Assembly (NCBI RefSeq): GCF_036971445.1
Contig: NC_091481.1
Coordinates: 68,510,001 to 68,574,000 of the forward strand
DNA length: 64,000 nt
Source of the DNA: Narcine bancroftii
Lineage: Eukaryota
Reading direction: 5' to 3'
The translations under genes were made by a program, and so were the position numbers. Positions 13,080 through 26,806 of the stretch are shown here, one piece after another (position 1 is the first letter of the stretch; each line of letters opens with the position of its first letter). The notes beneath the pieces were generated by a model. That model was not told the DNA's origin. It did no database searches and worked only from the letters and a program-made list of their open reading frames with translations.

Positions 13080-13500
13080 AACATAGAAACATAGAAGATA
13101 GGAGCAGGAGTAGGTCATTCGACCCTTCAAGCCTGCTCCACCATTGAACGAGATCATGGCTGATCTTAAAGTTCAGTACCCCGTCCCCGCCTTCTCTCCG
13201 TAACCTTTAATACCCTTATACTGAAGAAATAGATCTAATTCCCTCTTAAATAGATTTAATGAACCTGCCTCTACTGCCCTCTGTGGCAATGAATTCCACA
13301 GATTCACCACCCTCTGGGTAAAGAAATTCCTCCTCATCTCGGTCCTAAATGGTTTGCCTCTTATCCTCAAACCATGGCCCCGGGTTCTGGATTTTCCCAT
13401 CATTGGAAACATCCCATCTGCATCCACTCTGTCCAGTCCTGCCAGAATTTTATGTCTCTATGAGATCCCCTCTCAATCTTCTAAACTCCAGCGAGTACAA
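13080..13500 (-). mobile_element. CR1/L2-type LINE 3' end, relatively young
   Basis: SRTRGHGLRIRGKPFRTEMRRNFFTQRVVNLWNSLPQRAVEA; TTCTATG-type tail. Confidence 0.85.
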
Positions 13501-14439
13501 TCCCAATTTGCACAATCCCATTTGCCGGCAGGATGGGGGACGCAGCTGCTGGGAGTGGAGGTTGGGGTATGGAGTGGTCTAACCTCTGCACTGCCTGGTG
13601 CTGACTCTCCATCCAGTTTAATGTTCCACTAACTGGAACTTTACCGCTGTGTCTGTCCTGGCTTGGTGCCTGGATAAGATCCTCATTGAGGACTCCCTCC
13701 AATCTCTCCTCCCCGTCTCCATCATCTTGCTTTCCCCCTCTGTCAGAGTGCCTGTCTTGGACAGACACCTCACCTCTAGGCCAGACCATGCCTCATCAGG
13801 GCTCTCCTGTCCCAGCCCTGGCTTACAGACCTCTGCCGTCACTCCCTCAGAGAACCCGCAGCTTTGCCCTACCCTCCTACAGCAACCCCACATTGGCAGC
13901 TCTCTGTTGTGATGTGTCAAGGCTCGAGCAAGGAGAACCTGACTTGGGTGTGCGTTGCTCACTCCCCTCCTCTTCAGGGGCAATTCCTCCAGCGCCCACA
14001 CCTCTTCCCTCTCCTTGTCACACAACCAGGGCTGTGACTGCAGGGATTTAGAGTGTCCTGGGGCAGCCACAAGAGTGCTGATATCTCCAGTATCCTCACA
14101 TGGGCTACCGGCTCTCTGCCTCTCCTCTTTGGGTGGCTCATTGTGGGCAGGGCCACCTGGCTCCAGAGAGCTTTGGTGCCCCAAGCAGGCTGAACTTTCG
14201 TCCCACGGATGCCAACCAGCCGAGACTTGCACGACTCCTCCCTGACCATGCCTCTGCACTCCTTCCTGGACACCAGGGGGTACCTGAAGGAGGAGCTTCC
14301 TCCACCTATTGCAACCATGGTCACTAACACTGACACTTGTTTGATTCCTACCTCAGCCAATGTATTTTCGCGACCCTCACATTATAATTCAAAAATCCAC
14401 ATGTGGCTCGCGAGCCATGGTTTGGCTATCCCTGGATGA

Positions 14440-15140
14440 GAGTGACACTAAAGTTGGTGATGAGGATACCAATGAAGGTTGTCTAAGGCAGCAGCAGAAT
14501 GTAGATCAACTTGAAAGATGGGAGAAGCAAAGGCAGGTTGAATTTAATCCCAATAAGTGTGAGGTAATGAATTTTGAAAAGTCAAAAATGGGTAGGACAC
14601 GAATAGTAAATGTAGAGCACTTAGGAATGTGGATGAACAGAGGGACCTTGGGCTTCTAAGTCTGTAGTTTCCTGAAAATAGCAACACAAGACGATAGGGT
14701 GATGGAGAAGGCCTCCACACGTCAGGATTTGGAATACAAAATTAGGTTGTCACAGCTTTATAAAACCCTGATTAGGCCACACCTGGAGGGTTGGGTGGAG
14801 TTCTGGTCATCACACCAGAGGAAAGATCTGACTGTACTGGAGAGGGTGCAGAGGAGATTCACCAAGATGTTGCCTGGAATGGAAGGTAGAGAGTGAAGGT
14901 TTAAAGGGGATCGGATGGGATTTAAAAAATATATATATGAAGCCGTGATTTGGATCTGGAAAATGCTGCCAAGGAACACAGTGGAGGCAGTTACAATCAG
15001 TGTTTTAGAGGCATGAATAGACAAGACTCAGAAGGATTTATACCAAATGTGGGCAAAGGAGCTAGTGTAGGTAGGCACATGGTGGGCTGAAGGGCTTGTG
15101 CTCTACGACTCTATACTGCTTTCTCTACGACTCTATACTG
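14440..15140 (+). mobile_element. CR1/L2-type LINE fragment
   Basis: EFNPNKCEVMNF, LYKTLIRPHLE and LERVQRRFTKMLPG motifs. Confidence 0.8.
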
Positions 15141-15598
15141 TTTTGAAGTTCTGTGGTTCCATAATTGTTTTCAATCAGTGTATTAAAATATAAGAATGGT
15201 CATTTGTGACAGCTTTCTGCAGTCAATTCTGCAGTCAATTTGGTCATCCTGTTTCCAATACTTGTCATAAAAACAAACAAAAATGCTGAAGGTACTCAGC
15301 CGGTCTCACATTGTCCATAGGGAGGCAAAGATATATTACAGACGTTTCAGGCCTGAGCCCTCCTATGGCCACTGTGACACGGGCTGAGTTCCTCCAGCAT
15401 TTAGGTATGTTTTTACTACAATCACAGCGTCTGTAGACTTTCGAGTTTCACTCCTACACTTGTCATTTTAATGAGCTGTTAAGTTCTTGAGGTTGTGAAA
15501 GATAGTTTATAAATGAAAGTCTTTAATTTCTCTCCTGTCAGCTGCATACAGCTGATCTTAAACTTAGTGACGTGAGCATTTTAATTTCCCATTCACAG

Positions 15599-15673
15599 AA
15601 AAAAATGGCTCCTGTGCTGTCACATCCCTTGGGAATGCAAATTAATGTGGTGAATGACCAGAGCCCTGGCCAG
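15599..15673 (+). CDS. POLDIP3: POLDIP3 exon 3
   Basis: KKMAPVLSHPLGMQINVVNDQSPGQ resembles human KAMAPLHPHPAGMRINVVNNHQAKQ; CACAG acceptor, GTGAG donor; 75 nt, symmetric. Confidence 0.88.
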
Positions 15674-17199
15674 GTGAGCATTGACCCTAACCCTAACCTT
15701 TCAACATTCAGTAGGAAGAGTCAGTAATTCCATACTTCCAACAAAGTGAAAATCACTATCTCTCTAATGCACAGTCAATTTGTTTGCATTTCTTTATTTG
15801 TTTATATGTGTATGCTGAGTACAGTTTTTTTTGCACAACCAATAAGTGGTCATTTTGCTGTGCCGCAGGGAAAAGAATCTCAGAGTTGTATGTGATGTCA
15901 TGTGTGTACTCCGACAAGAAATATGAACATGTCACACATCTACGGGCATTGAGAACCAGTTTGAGTCTCTCCCTGATGTACACTTCATCACTGTCTCTTC
16001 AGATTCCCTCCCTCAATGAATACTGAGTTGTTCGTGTATTCCCTAATGTGTGGTGTAGGGTGCCCAAATATCTCTGCCAATTAAATGTTCACTTAATCAA
16101 AGCCATTGTCTTTGTCCTCCCGTTGCAAACTCTGTTTCCTAGTTCCAGCCTTTTCTGTGACACCCTTGAAAATGTATCGGGCAAAATGACCCCAACTTGA
16201 GCGTGAGATTGCATCTATGTGCCGGTGCTCCAGCCAGCTGCTTCTCCCTTTGTGAAAGCAATGGCCAAATCTGCCAGCATTTCAGCTCATCAGCTGCTAA
16301 AGTTTTCACCCATATTTCACGCTCCCAACTATATTATTATAACCATATAACCATTTACGGAGTGGAAACAGGCCTTTTGCGCTCCTGATCACTTCACACA
16401 TGTTCCATAAATTAAAGGTCCTCTAATATCCTGCTACCTGTGTACAAGTCCCTTTACCCATCACCCAGTGGGCAACTTGGTGTCCTTGATACTCAATGTT
16501 TTGACTTCAATATTCTCATCCTTGATTTCAACTCTCCCTATGGTCATTGTCCTTTCTAAATACATGAGGCCCTACAACTGTCCACCGTACGATTCCTTAA
16601 CAACATCTCTGAAATTATCCACTCCATCATTGTGGACAATGTATTCAGAAAGGTTCTAAATTCTGAAATTGTCTCTCTCGGTACTTGTCAACCACTCTTT
16701 CCTCCTTTAAGATGTTCCTTAAAGCTTTTGGCCATATCCTCAGTTAAAACTCTAGTTTGATTATGCTCTGAAGAAGCTGTAAGTGCAATAATGTTGTACA
16801 AACAGATGAGTTGCTCGACCACTGGGATACGGTGGGCATTAATCTGTAATAATGGGTAGAGCACTAGGGACTGCAGGACGGGCTATCACAGCATGAGCGA
16901 CCCAGGATCCGAATCCAGCATTGTCTGTAAGGAGTTTGTACATTCTCCGGGTGTATGTGAGTTTTCCCTGGTTGCTTCGGTTTCCTTCCACCTTCCAAAA
17001 CAGACAAGGTTGTAGGTTAATTTGAGTGTAATTGGGTGGCATGGGTATAAATGGCCAGAATTGACTTCTACCTTGCAGTAAATAAAATAAAAAAATACCT
17101 TTAAAATTTTAATTTAAATTTTACAACTGTCATAGCATTTTCTATGAAGAATGAGCCTGTGTGACGCATTGTCTGTGCTACTCAATAAACAGCTATCAA

Positions 17200-18050
17200 C
17201 CGAATTCCATCTTCCATGAATGAAAATGAAGAAACCCGACAGTGGTCCTTACAAGCCCACAGGCTCCTGTGCCCTCTTTTGATGATACTTCCTGTAAAAA
17301 TTCTTCCAGTTCCTCTCTTTCATTTTTGGTTTCATGATAAGACATTCTGCACTTGTGCTTCTTTCTTTCAGATCTGTAGTTTTCCCTCCTCCACGTTGCC
17401 TCTATTTTCCACATCTCTGCTCTCCCTTTTTCACCTTCCAGCCAGAGTAAGAACAGAATTCCCCTAATCCGCACCCACCCACCTCCAGTCCCAGCATTAC
17501 GACAGATCTTCCTTGGCAGTTTCCCCCTGCTCCAACAAGGTCCCACCACCAAAGATGTATTTCCCACCACCGCTCCTCTTTCAGCCTTTTAGGAGACCGT
17601 TCCCTTCACAAATCCCTGGTCCACCTCACCATCTTTTCAGATAACTCCTCATGTTACACCGTTTCCCATGCAATCACAGGAAGTGCTTTCGTCTCTTCCC
17701 TTGTCACCATTGACAGACTCAGACCATCCAGGTGAAGCAGTGATTTCCTTGCACCTTTTCCAGTGAGCTACATTTGGTATTCACGGTGTGTGGGCTCTTC
17801 CATATTGCAGAACGCAAGGGCAAATTGGGTGATTGTATTGTGGAGCACCTACACCGAGACTGCAAGCATAGACCTACGTTTCCTCTGCTTGCCATTTTAA
17901 TTCTTCATCCTACTCCCACTTTTGGCCTATCTTTGGTCTCCTGCATCATTACATTGAGATTCAGGAACAACCCCACCTTGCCTTCTATCTGCATATGCTA
18001 CATTTCAATATTGACTTCTCCAACTGTAGAGAACTGGCTTTTAAAAAACA
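17200..18050 (+). mobile_element. Penelope-like element fragment
   Basis: Decayed GIY-YIG region colinear with the 11050-12400 copy. Confidence 0.55.
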
Positions 18051-19159
18051 TTTAGACATGCAGCACTATAACGGTTCCTTCTGGCCCACAACCCCAACCC
18101 CAATTAACCTATAACTCTCTACAATTTTGAGGTTGTGAGGAAATATGGGGAGAACGTTCAAACTCCTTAAGACAGCGCTGGATTCGAACCTGGGTCACTG
18201 GTGGTGTAATAGCTAACTGCTCTGCTCACCGTGCTGCCGTTGTCCCTTTATGATTTTGGTTCTGTTTTTCTCTGCCTGTTGTCTTGGGCACTTAATACAA
18301 AATAACAAAAATAATCACCCTACAATGGCCCCACCATTTGATGTCTCATCCTATCACAGGTATTCCCTTTGTGCTGGTTATCAATTTCGCCACCTTCTCT
18401 GCAACTGAAAATTGTTTCTTCATCTCTCTTTCCCGGATGTGATAAAGGATCACTCGCCCAAATCGTTAACTCTTTTTCTACAGATGCTGCTTGACCTGCT
18501 GAGTGTTTCTAACGTGGGGCAGCATAGTTACCGTGGCAGTAGCGCAATGCTGTTACAGCACCGATACAGTTCCACTCATGGGAACTATCGATTGTCAGTC
18601 CCTTCTCTCCTCCACCCTACTGCCAATCGCCATCCACCCCCAGTCAGTCTCCACCCACCCTGTCAGTTGTGCATGCCCCCACCCCTGGGACATGCCGTTG
18701 CTGTGAACGGATACAGGTTACATCTCAAATCTCAAGGATCCTTTTATTGCCGTAATAATACATAAAAATGTAATATACATGATGTACTTCAACTTTTGTC
18801 TTTTGTAAAGCAAACAGAGTCTCCACGAGCATTGTCCAGTGTCCCTAATCTGTTTCTGTCTGCAAGGTGTTTGTTCATTCTCTCCATGGATTGCGTGCAT
18901 CTTCCCCATGTCTTCCAGTTTTCTCCCACCCTCCAAAACATGCAGGGTTGCAGGTTAATTGGGTGGGACAGGTTTCAATGGCTGGAATCAGCTTCTGCCA
19001 TACTGCAAAAAAAAAATCAATTTTTAATCCTCTTTAGCAGGATTTTTGCAAAAATTGCTTTCAGAATGTAAGCAGTTTCTCGCTCTAATATCCTGAAAGT
19101 TAAAGCTCCAGGAATGTTTCTCTCGGGGTGGGGGGGTGGGGGGGTTTGGAAACATCCTT

Positions 19160-19270
19160 CCTTTCCTTTCTTTTTTCTTCTTTGGCTTGGCTTCGCGGAC
19201 GAAAATTTATGGAGGGGTATGTCCACGTCTGCTGCAGGCTCGTTGGTGACTGACAAGTCCGATGTGGGAA
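19160..19270 (-). mobile_element. RTE-clade LINE 3' tail
   Basis: Near reverse-complement of 51160-51225 (GGACTTGTCAGCCACAA...GGACAT...CCCTCCATAAAT). Confidence 0.7.
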
Positions 19271-20029
19271 ATCTCTTTGAGGGATGCCTGTCCTGAAGAA
19301 GTTCTCCATTGAACCTGCCTACTCTGCTGTCCAACGTGATCATTTGTTCTCCGATGGGATTATCTGTCACTGCTCCCCATCTATACTGCTCTCAAGCTCT
19401 GCGACAATGTACTTGCCCTTTGCCACATGAAGTACACTGCTTGACCTGCTGAGTTTCTCTAGCTGGATTGTGTTTTTGCTTGAAATCCACTTACCCTGTT
19501 TTCTTTAATCTCTCAAACAAGAGAAGTAAATATTATCTATTTACTCATATTTCATACACCTTAATAAAATCTCTCCACCTCCTCCGTTCCATAAAAAACA
19601 CATCTACTGCATCGAGAAAATTCATTTAGATTAATCAAATAATTTGCTCACAACACACCTGTGCTGGCACTTCTTTGTCCAAAGAAACAGTTTTGGTGTT
19701 TGGCTACTGTACTGGAGAGTACAGGTCTGTCATCATATAACATTGGGGAAGAGTTGCGAAGGTAAACTTACATCCCTGTGTCCACAGGGATCAGAACCAG
19801 TATTGTGGAGCAGCAATTTTATTTTTGTCTTTATTTCAGTTGTAATTGCTCTCTGGAGTTGGAGATTTCTGGAATAAACATGAGAACAAATGTCATGGTG
19901 TATCTTGCAGCTCCCTGATTGCATCACATCTGAAGTGCTGTGAACAGTTCAAGACAACACACCATACAATGGATACCTTCAACTTAGAGATGCAATTGCA
20001 ATGGATTTCCAGAGTGATATTTACCACCC

Positions 20030-20545
20030 TTAGAGTATTGTGTTCAGTTTTGGTCCCCTCATTACAGGAAGGATGTGGAAGATGCAAAGAGGGGGCAGAG
20101 AGACTTACCAGGATGTCACCTGGATTGGGAAACAAGTCTTATGAGGCAAGGTTAGCAGAACTGGGACTTTTCTCTTTGGAGTGTAGAAGGAGGAGAGGAG
20201 ACTTAATCAAAGTCTTCAAGATTATGATAGGGTGGACAGTCAGCACCTTTTCCCCAGGGCAGGAATAGCAAACACCAGGGGACATCTCTACAAAGTGAAG
20301 GGAGGGAAGTTTGGAGGAGACATCAGGGGTAGTTTTTTTTTACAAAGAGTTGTGGGTCCCTGGAATGCCTTGCCAGGGGTGGCAGTGGAGGCAGGAGTAT
20401 TAGGGACATTTACATGACCCTTAGACAGGGACAAGGATGAAAGAAAAATGGAGGGTTATGAGGTAGGAAGGGATTAGTACTTTTTTTTGTAGGAACATAT
20501 AGGTTGGCACAACATTGATGGGCGAAGGGGGTCTATATTCTATAT
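20030..20545 (+). mobile_element. CR1/L2-type LINE 3' fragment
   Basis: SYEARLAELGLFSLECRRRRGDLIKVFKI; TRGHLYKV...FFLQRVVGPWNALP. Confidence 0.82.
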
Positions 20546-20723
20546 CTAGAATTCCAAAAGTTAAATGAGGAGAAGAGATGACACACTAGGATCATCTTGC
20601 TTGGTGCATGGAGGTGTGGGAGGGGAAAAGGATATGAGCAGACTGGTTGTTAAATGCTGGAAATGGCGTGATCTGGATTCAGGCTCACTCTGTGAGGCAG
20701 TCTAACTGCGATCTTCATTTCAG

Positions 20724-20843
20724 GTTATTGACGAAGAGGATATTGAAGAAGAGGAGGAAGAACACCATATCGTACATCCAATGCTCATGGCAAGCAAACC
20801 CATGAAAGTCACCACTGTGGCGAACCACTTCACTCAAAAGAGG
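20724..20843 (+). CDS. POLDIP3: POLDIP3 exon 4
   Basis: Acidic VIDEEDIEEEEEE...SKPMKV; TTTCAG acceptor, GTGAG donor; 120 nt in frame. Confidence 0.82.
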
Positions 20844-21746
20844 GTGAGCATTTGTATTTTGTTCTTCAGAGGAGCTTGAAGTTCCTACATTTATTACTAG
20901 CCCCTTTCAAATTGCAGCACTTGGGTCACCCTCCTTGGACCCAGGTTCAATTACTGGGGCAAAGGTGCTAGAAGCACCTTTCACTCATGGGAACTATCGA
21001 TTGTCAGTCCCTCCTCTCCTCCACCCTACTGCCAATCGCCATCCACCCCCAGTCAGTCTCCACCCACCCTGTCAGTTGTGCATGTCCCCCACCCCTGGGA
21101 CATGCCGTTGCTGTGAACGGATACAGGTTACATCTCAAATCTCAAGGATCCTTTTATTGTCGTAATAATACATAAAAATGTAATATACATGATGTACTTC
21201 AACTTTTGTCTTTTGTAAAGCAAACAGAGTCTCCACGAGCATTGTCCAGTGTCCCTAATAATGGAAGAAAGAGAAACAAACGAGAGTCCCTTCAGAGTCA
21301 TTGGGTGTCTGTGGTGGATTCGTCTCCAGCGCTCCCACAGCCTCCACCATTGGCAACCCAAGCTCCAGATCCAAACCTCTGTTATGATCAGGAAGCCTTC
21401 AGGAGTCCTCCTTGCCCTCAACACTCTCTTGAATCTCAGTTCTGATATCCGGTTCCCATGAGCCAGCTGCCCACAGCCTGTATGGGTCCTTCTTCTGCAA
21501 GTCTCCAGCTGCCCACAGACTGTGTGTTCTTCAATCGCAAGTTGCCAACAGACCGCAGCCTGAAATCTGGGGCATATTTTGTGAGATAGTCAATTTTAGG
21601 TCTGTTCTTAAAACTTTCAAGGGTCCTAACTGTCCAGAGAATTATCTGGTCAGAAATGATTACATAATACTCAAAATGTGTATGGGTTAAGGTTACGTCT
21701 GCATGCCTGAGCAGGATTAACTCTTTGTTTCCTCTGCTCTTTGCAG

Positions 21747-21938
21747 CCTGGTTTGACTGCCTCAAAATTGTCTCTTGAAAAGCCTGTTCCTCTGACAAAG
21801 GTGGTCCAGAATGACTCCTACACTGCACCTCCGCAACCACCTCTCACTCTCACTCGCTCGAGACCTTCGCCAAATGTATCAAGAGCACCAGCGCTTGCAG
21901 CAGAGCAGGGGCCAGCTGATGATGCATCACCTCTCGAG
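21747..21938 (+). CDS. POLDIP3: POLDIP3 exon 5
   Basis: PGLTASKLSLEKPVPLTKVVQNDSYTAP matches human GLSSSKLSMSKALPLTKVVQNDAYTAP; 192 nt. Confidence 0.9.
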
Positions 21939-23659
21939 GTACACACCCTTCTCACTGCACCAAAGTCATTGGTTCTTGAGATTGCAGAGCTAACTTTAAT
22001 GTTGGGTGCTGTAAGAGGACAGTTCTTATTTACCCAGAACACCTGACTTTTACTAATCCCATTTCCCCTATTTGAAGGACCAACACCTAAACTGCTTTCT
22101 TAGAGATCCCTGACTACAATTTGCTGCTTCCTGATGCACCCAGGAAAGTAAAGCTGCACTTCATACTTAAGGTAATAAAACTTCACTGGCCATTCCTGCA
22201 ACCCACAGGAACAAGCTCTGCCACACTAGCCTGTAACCATTTTCGAACAAGAACCTTCCTGGCAGCTCCCTTCCCATAGCACTTCTCTGTACCCTGAGAG
22301 GTCTCTGTATTTCCCCATACATCAAGAACATGCCTTCAAAAAAAAAAACATGCCTTCTATAGGCACTCTTCTTCAACCTAACCACCTTCTTCTGAGCCTA
22401 ACCCCTTCCCCCCCCCCCCCCATGGGAGGATTCTCATTCAGGAGCATTAGGTCGTTTATCTATTCAACTGTTAATTGTCATAATGTACATCTGCACGGAT
22501 ATTCTTGTTGCAGCTGAACAGACACCAATAGAATAGATAGTAGAATTAAAAAGAGATAATAAAAATTGAATTACCTCCAGTAACAAGGAGAATATCATTG
22601 GTAATCATGGTTCAAGGTACTGGTGAGGCCGCATCTGGACTACTTTGTGCATTCTTGATCGCCTTACTTGAGGAAGGATGTGCTGGGTTTGGAGGTGGTG
22701 CAGAGGTGGAATTTAAAAGAATGAGAGGGGAACTTACATAAATGATTAAAATTATGAAAGGCTGCGAACAGATACAGGTTACATCTCACATCAGGTAGAT
22801 AAGATAGAGGTAGGTAAGTTGTTCCCCTTGGTTGGGGAGACCAAAACGAGGGGACAGAGCCTCAAGATTCAGGGGAGTAAATTTAGGACAGAGATAAGGA
22901 GGTACTGCTTTTCCCAGAGGGGGGTGAATCTGTCCATGAGGTAGTGGAGGCGACCTCAGTAAATGTATTTAAGTCAAGGTTGGATAGATTTTTATGTAGT
23001 CGGGGAATCTCAGCTGCTTCTCCAAAAAAAAAGCACAGCAGTTTCTCAGCGGCTGCGTCCAGCTCAATATTAATTTCTGTTGGAAGAACAGGATGCTGCT
23101 TTCATCACCTGTTTCTGGTGCTCTTTTATTCTCACGTATATTTTTTGTTGTTTGTTTAAAGGAACACATTGTTCCAGAGAGGTCCCTTCTATCCAATCTA
23201 ATTGGAAACTTACTTTGTGTTGATTTTCTAATCTCTTTGTAGCCCTCCTTGTCAAGTTTGAGACCTGTTTCTCTTTTTAATTTTTCTTCTTGTCGTGATT
23301 TATGTGAGTTCTAGCCTTTTTTTGATTGCTTTATCTTTCCCGCAAATACTGTGTCTGTTTTGGTTTTGTTAAGTTGTTCTCTTCTGCCTATGAAGTGTCA
23401 GTTGCCTTCAGATTTCCCTGCCCTTGGACCTCAATTTTTCATTGTATTGCAGGCTGCCTCCGCTCTCCTGGGGATTGGTTATGTCCCTGGGGGAGTCTGA
23501 TGCTCCATCCATATTAACCCAAAGCATTGTGGTGACAGTTCAGTCCATTTCCTGCTTACTCTGTGTCATCAATAGAGACCAATAGGCAGTGGCCGGGGCT
23601 CATGCTGTACCCTTGCACATCTTAACATGAGTGTAACTGGTGTCTGCTTTCCCTCACAG

Positions 23660-23737
23660 CTAAATCTTAGCCCATTGGAGGGAACAAAAATGACAGTCAA
23701 TAACCTCCATCCAAGAGTGACTGAGGAAGACATAGTG
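23660..23737 (+). CDS. POLDIP3: POLDIP3 exon 6 (RRM start)
   Basis: LNLSPLEGTKMTVNNLHPRVTEEDIV; canonical AG/GT. Confidence 0.95.
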
Positions 23738-24637
23738 GTGAGTTTGACTTGGCTCCACGTCCAGATTTGTGTGTCAGTCTCTTCTGCAGATGGTGTGTCT
23801 CCGTCATTATGTGCCTGTCCCTAACAGCATTTGGGAAGGTGGTGGTGAACTGACTCTTTGAATCTTTGCAATCCTCCGATGAACATGCTCCCACAGACTT
23901 ATGGAAAGACAGAACCCTGTTCCTGAAAGAGTTTTATTGCAGAGACTCCAGTCTTATCTGTTCAAGATTCTTTTATTGTCGTATAATAAAACAAAAAATG
24001 TGATATTACATGAAATTTCCTTTAGTCAGTGGAAGATTTGTCATCAGTATAAATTCCCCTTCGCCCCTAACAGTCAGAGAAAGAGACCCTGAGTGTCCGT
24101 GAACCTGCAGCCACACTGACTTCCCACAGCCCAAACCATTAGCAGCCCGAGCTCCAGATCTAATCCTCCAACACGATCAGGAAGCCCTCGGCACCCTCTC
24201 ACATCTCGGTTCTGATACCTGGTACCCCTTCAGCCAGTCTTGAGTCTGGTCTAGGGGTTCATTGCAGAGACTACAGTCGTAACTGTTCTTGGTCTGGGGG
24301 ATTATTAGCAATGGGTGCAGCTTCCTCTTTCTCCTGCCCTGCATATGGGGTGGTGGTGATGGTTATTGCCAGCAGTGATGGAGTTATTAGGCAGCGCTGA
24401 ATTATTCATTTCTCTTTGTGAAGAAGTTATTGCAGGTGTTGAAGTGTCGCTTAGTCCATGGGATGAGGCTGCCATCCTTGTAAAAGTCGCTGAACATCAG
24501 CCTTTGCCCTGTGGTTCTGGCCAGGGTCACTGCTCGGGGGGAAAAGTGTGAGGGGGACAGATGTGGGAGTGGGCAGCAGGTATTATGTTAGCGATGAGCT
24601 CCATTGTTCACTCTGTGTCCAATCCTCCTGTCTGCAG

Positions 24638-24767
24638 GAGCTGTTCTGTGTGTGCGGCGCTCTGAAGCGGGCCCGCCTCGTCCACCCAGGGGCTGCAGAA
24701 GTTGTCTTCGTCAGGAAGGACGATGCCATCACGGCGTACAAGAAGTACAACAACAGATGTTTAGATG
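24638..24767 (+). CDS. POLDIP3: POLDIP3 exon 7 (RRM)
   Basis: ELFCVCGALKRARLVHPGAAEVVFVRKDDAITAYKKYNNRCLD; donor G|GTAAG. Confidence 0.96.
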
Positions 24768-26006
24768 GTAAGCCGGCAGCAGGTGATTGGACTGCACTGA
24801 CTGGTGGACTGGTGCCCAGCACAATTACACTGTGATCCAACCCCCTCTCCAATGCCTCTTCTCCATTCCTCCCTGCTTCGTACATCAACACTGAAGGCCA
24901 GAGGCAGCATCACAGGCAGTACTGAGACATTGACAGGGCCCAGCATCACTCCCTCACTCCCATTCTCCTTCTTAGCTGAAAGCTCATGCAAAATGCCGCC
25001 TTGGTTCCGTCATTCATTTTGAGATAGTTGGGCCAGTTGCAGCAGTTGCCAGAGAAATGAACTTGGCCTTCAGCTTGCAGGCCAGCACTGGCCCTGGTGA
25101 TGTGTCCATACTGTCTGGTCCCTCACCCTTAGGGAGAAGGCTTCACACCAGTTAGTTTCTCTCTGTTCCCATTATCATTGTTAGTGTGGTGAATGGACGT
25201 ACAAATGAGTGAAGTGCAGAGAGATCCAGGAGTTCTTGTGCATGAATCATAAGGAGAGTGAACAAGCAGCAGGTCCAACAAATAGAAATAAGGAAGGTTC
25301 AGCGAGAAATATTCAAAGATTGAGAAAGTTTCAAGAGCTATGGATGTTGCACCGAGGGCGAAGAGTGTTTGGGTGGAGTAATGATGCTCCGTAAAAGTTG
25401 TGGAAGGGCCTGGTGGGGCATTGGAATGCCTGGTGGAGAGTGAGAAAGGGTCGCTAAGTGGGTAGGACAGGCACACCACTGAGAGTGGAAGGAGATTCTG
25501 GTGAGAGCAAGGTTGGGAGGAGAGGCCTTTCCAAGAGCGAGGGAAACCTGACGGAACGTTGAAGGGCAGCTTGGTTAACATAGGGATTAGGGCAACGCCG
25601 TAACAGCACCAGTGACTTGTTGTCCGTGAGGAGTTTGTACGTTTTCCCGCTGTCTGCGTGGGGTTTTCTCCGGGGGGTGGGGGTGCTCAGTTTTATCCCA
25701 TCTTTCAAAACGTACGGGATTCTAGATCAATTGGATGTAATGGGACAGCACATGCTTGTGGGCTGAAAGGGCCTGTTACCGTGCTGAATGTCTAATTTTT
25801 TTTTAATTGTCCAGGGTTGAGGGCTGGTGGGGGGGTTGGGTGTGAATAGTGAAACTGCCCAGGGGGTTGGGGGAGTAGTAAAACTGCCCAGAGGGTTGGT
25901 GGGGGTGATTACTGAAACACGCAGTGGTGGAGGATGTGGGGGGGTGGGGGGGGGGGTGCCGTTTGTTCTCTAAGTTCTCAAAAAGTTTGTCTTTTTCCCT
26001 TCCCAG

Positions 26007-26073
26007 GTCAACCAATGAAATGCAATCTTCATGTGAATGGTAACATCATCACTTCTGATCAGCCAATCCTATT
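26007..26073 (+). CDS. POLDIP3: POLDIP3 exon 8
   Basis: (G)QPMKCNLHVNGNIITSDQPIL; CCCAG acceptor, GTAAGT donor. Confidence 0.95.
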
Positions 26074-26387
26074 GTAAGTTGGTTGAAGAATTGTTCTGTG
26101 TTCCCCAGCCCCAACCCTCTCCTTCCCCACAGCCCAACTAGCCCATCTCTGCTATGGCGTCTCCCCAAACCTGCTGCCCGATCCCTGCTCCCTCTCTGTG
26201 ACCCAGCCCTGCCCAGCCTTGCTGCCAGTTCAGAGAGAAGAACCTGTACAGGGAGTGTATTTAGATTTTCAAAAGGCATTTGACAAGGTGCCACATAAGA
26301 GGCTGGTGCATGAATTAAGAACCCAAAGTGTTAGAGGAAGTGTGGACTGAAAACTGGCTGTCATGTAGAAAGCAAGGAGTGGGAATA

Positions 26388-26732
26388 CCCTATTTACTCG
26401 TGTAATAGTCGAGTTTTGTGATCCAATTTATTGGGTAAGATTTGGGGAGGGTTAATTTTTACACGCGTCATACTTACTGGAGTAAGTACCTGCATCGTTC
26501 AAGGCGTCGGGTGCTCGGATGGCCAGTCTGCATTCAGCATCGGGCAGGCAGCTGAGGCGAGAGTCTGTGGCTGGGGTGTCAGGAGCTCGGCTGGACAGGC
26601 AGTTGGGGCCAAAAATAGGGAGGATCAACTTTTGCATGGGTTGTGCAGAAAATATGCGATTTTTGGGCCAAAAGGTGGGGGGGGGGAGGGTCGGCTATTA
26701 CACAGGATCATCTATGACACAAGTATATTCGG
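26388..26732. mobile_element. Tc1/mariner-type MITE
   Basis: TA-flanked termini CCCTATTTACTCGTGTAATAG / CTATGACACAAGTATATTCGG form imperfect TIRs. Confidence 0.6.
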
Positions 26733-26806
26733 TAAATGTTTGTTTTTAGAGAAGAGGGAAGGAGTAGGCGAGTTATTTTAATGTCCTTGAGTAGGGAACA
26801 AAATGT

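Noticed and set aside
13590-14400. Overlapping 100-213 aa ORFs in POLDIP3 intron 2
   Set aside because: No recognisable domain; probably a heavily decayed retroelement, but I cannot assign it
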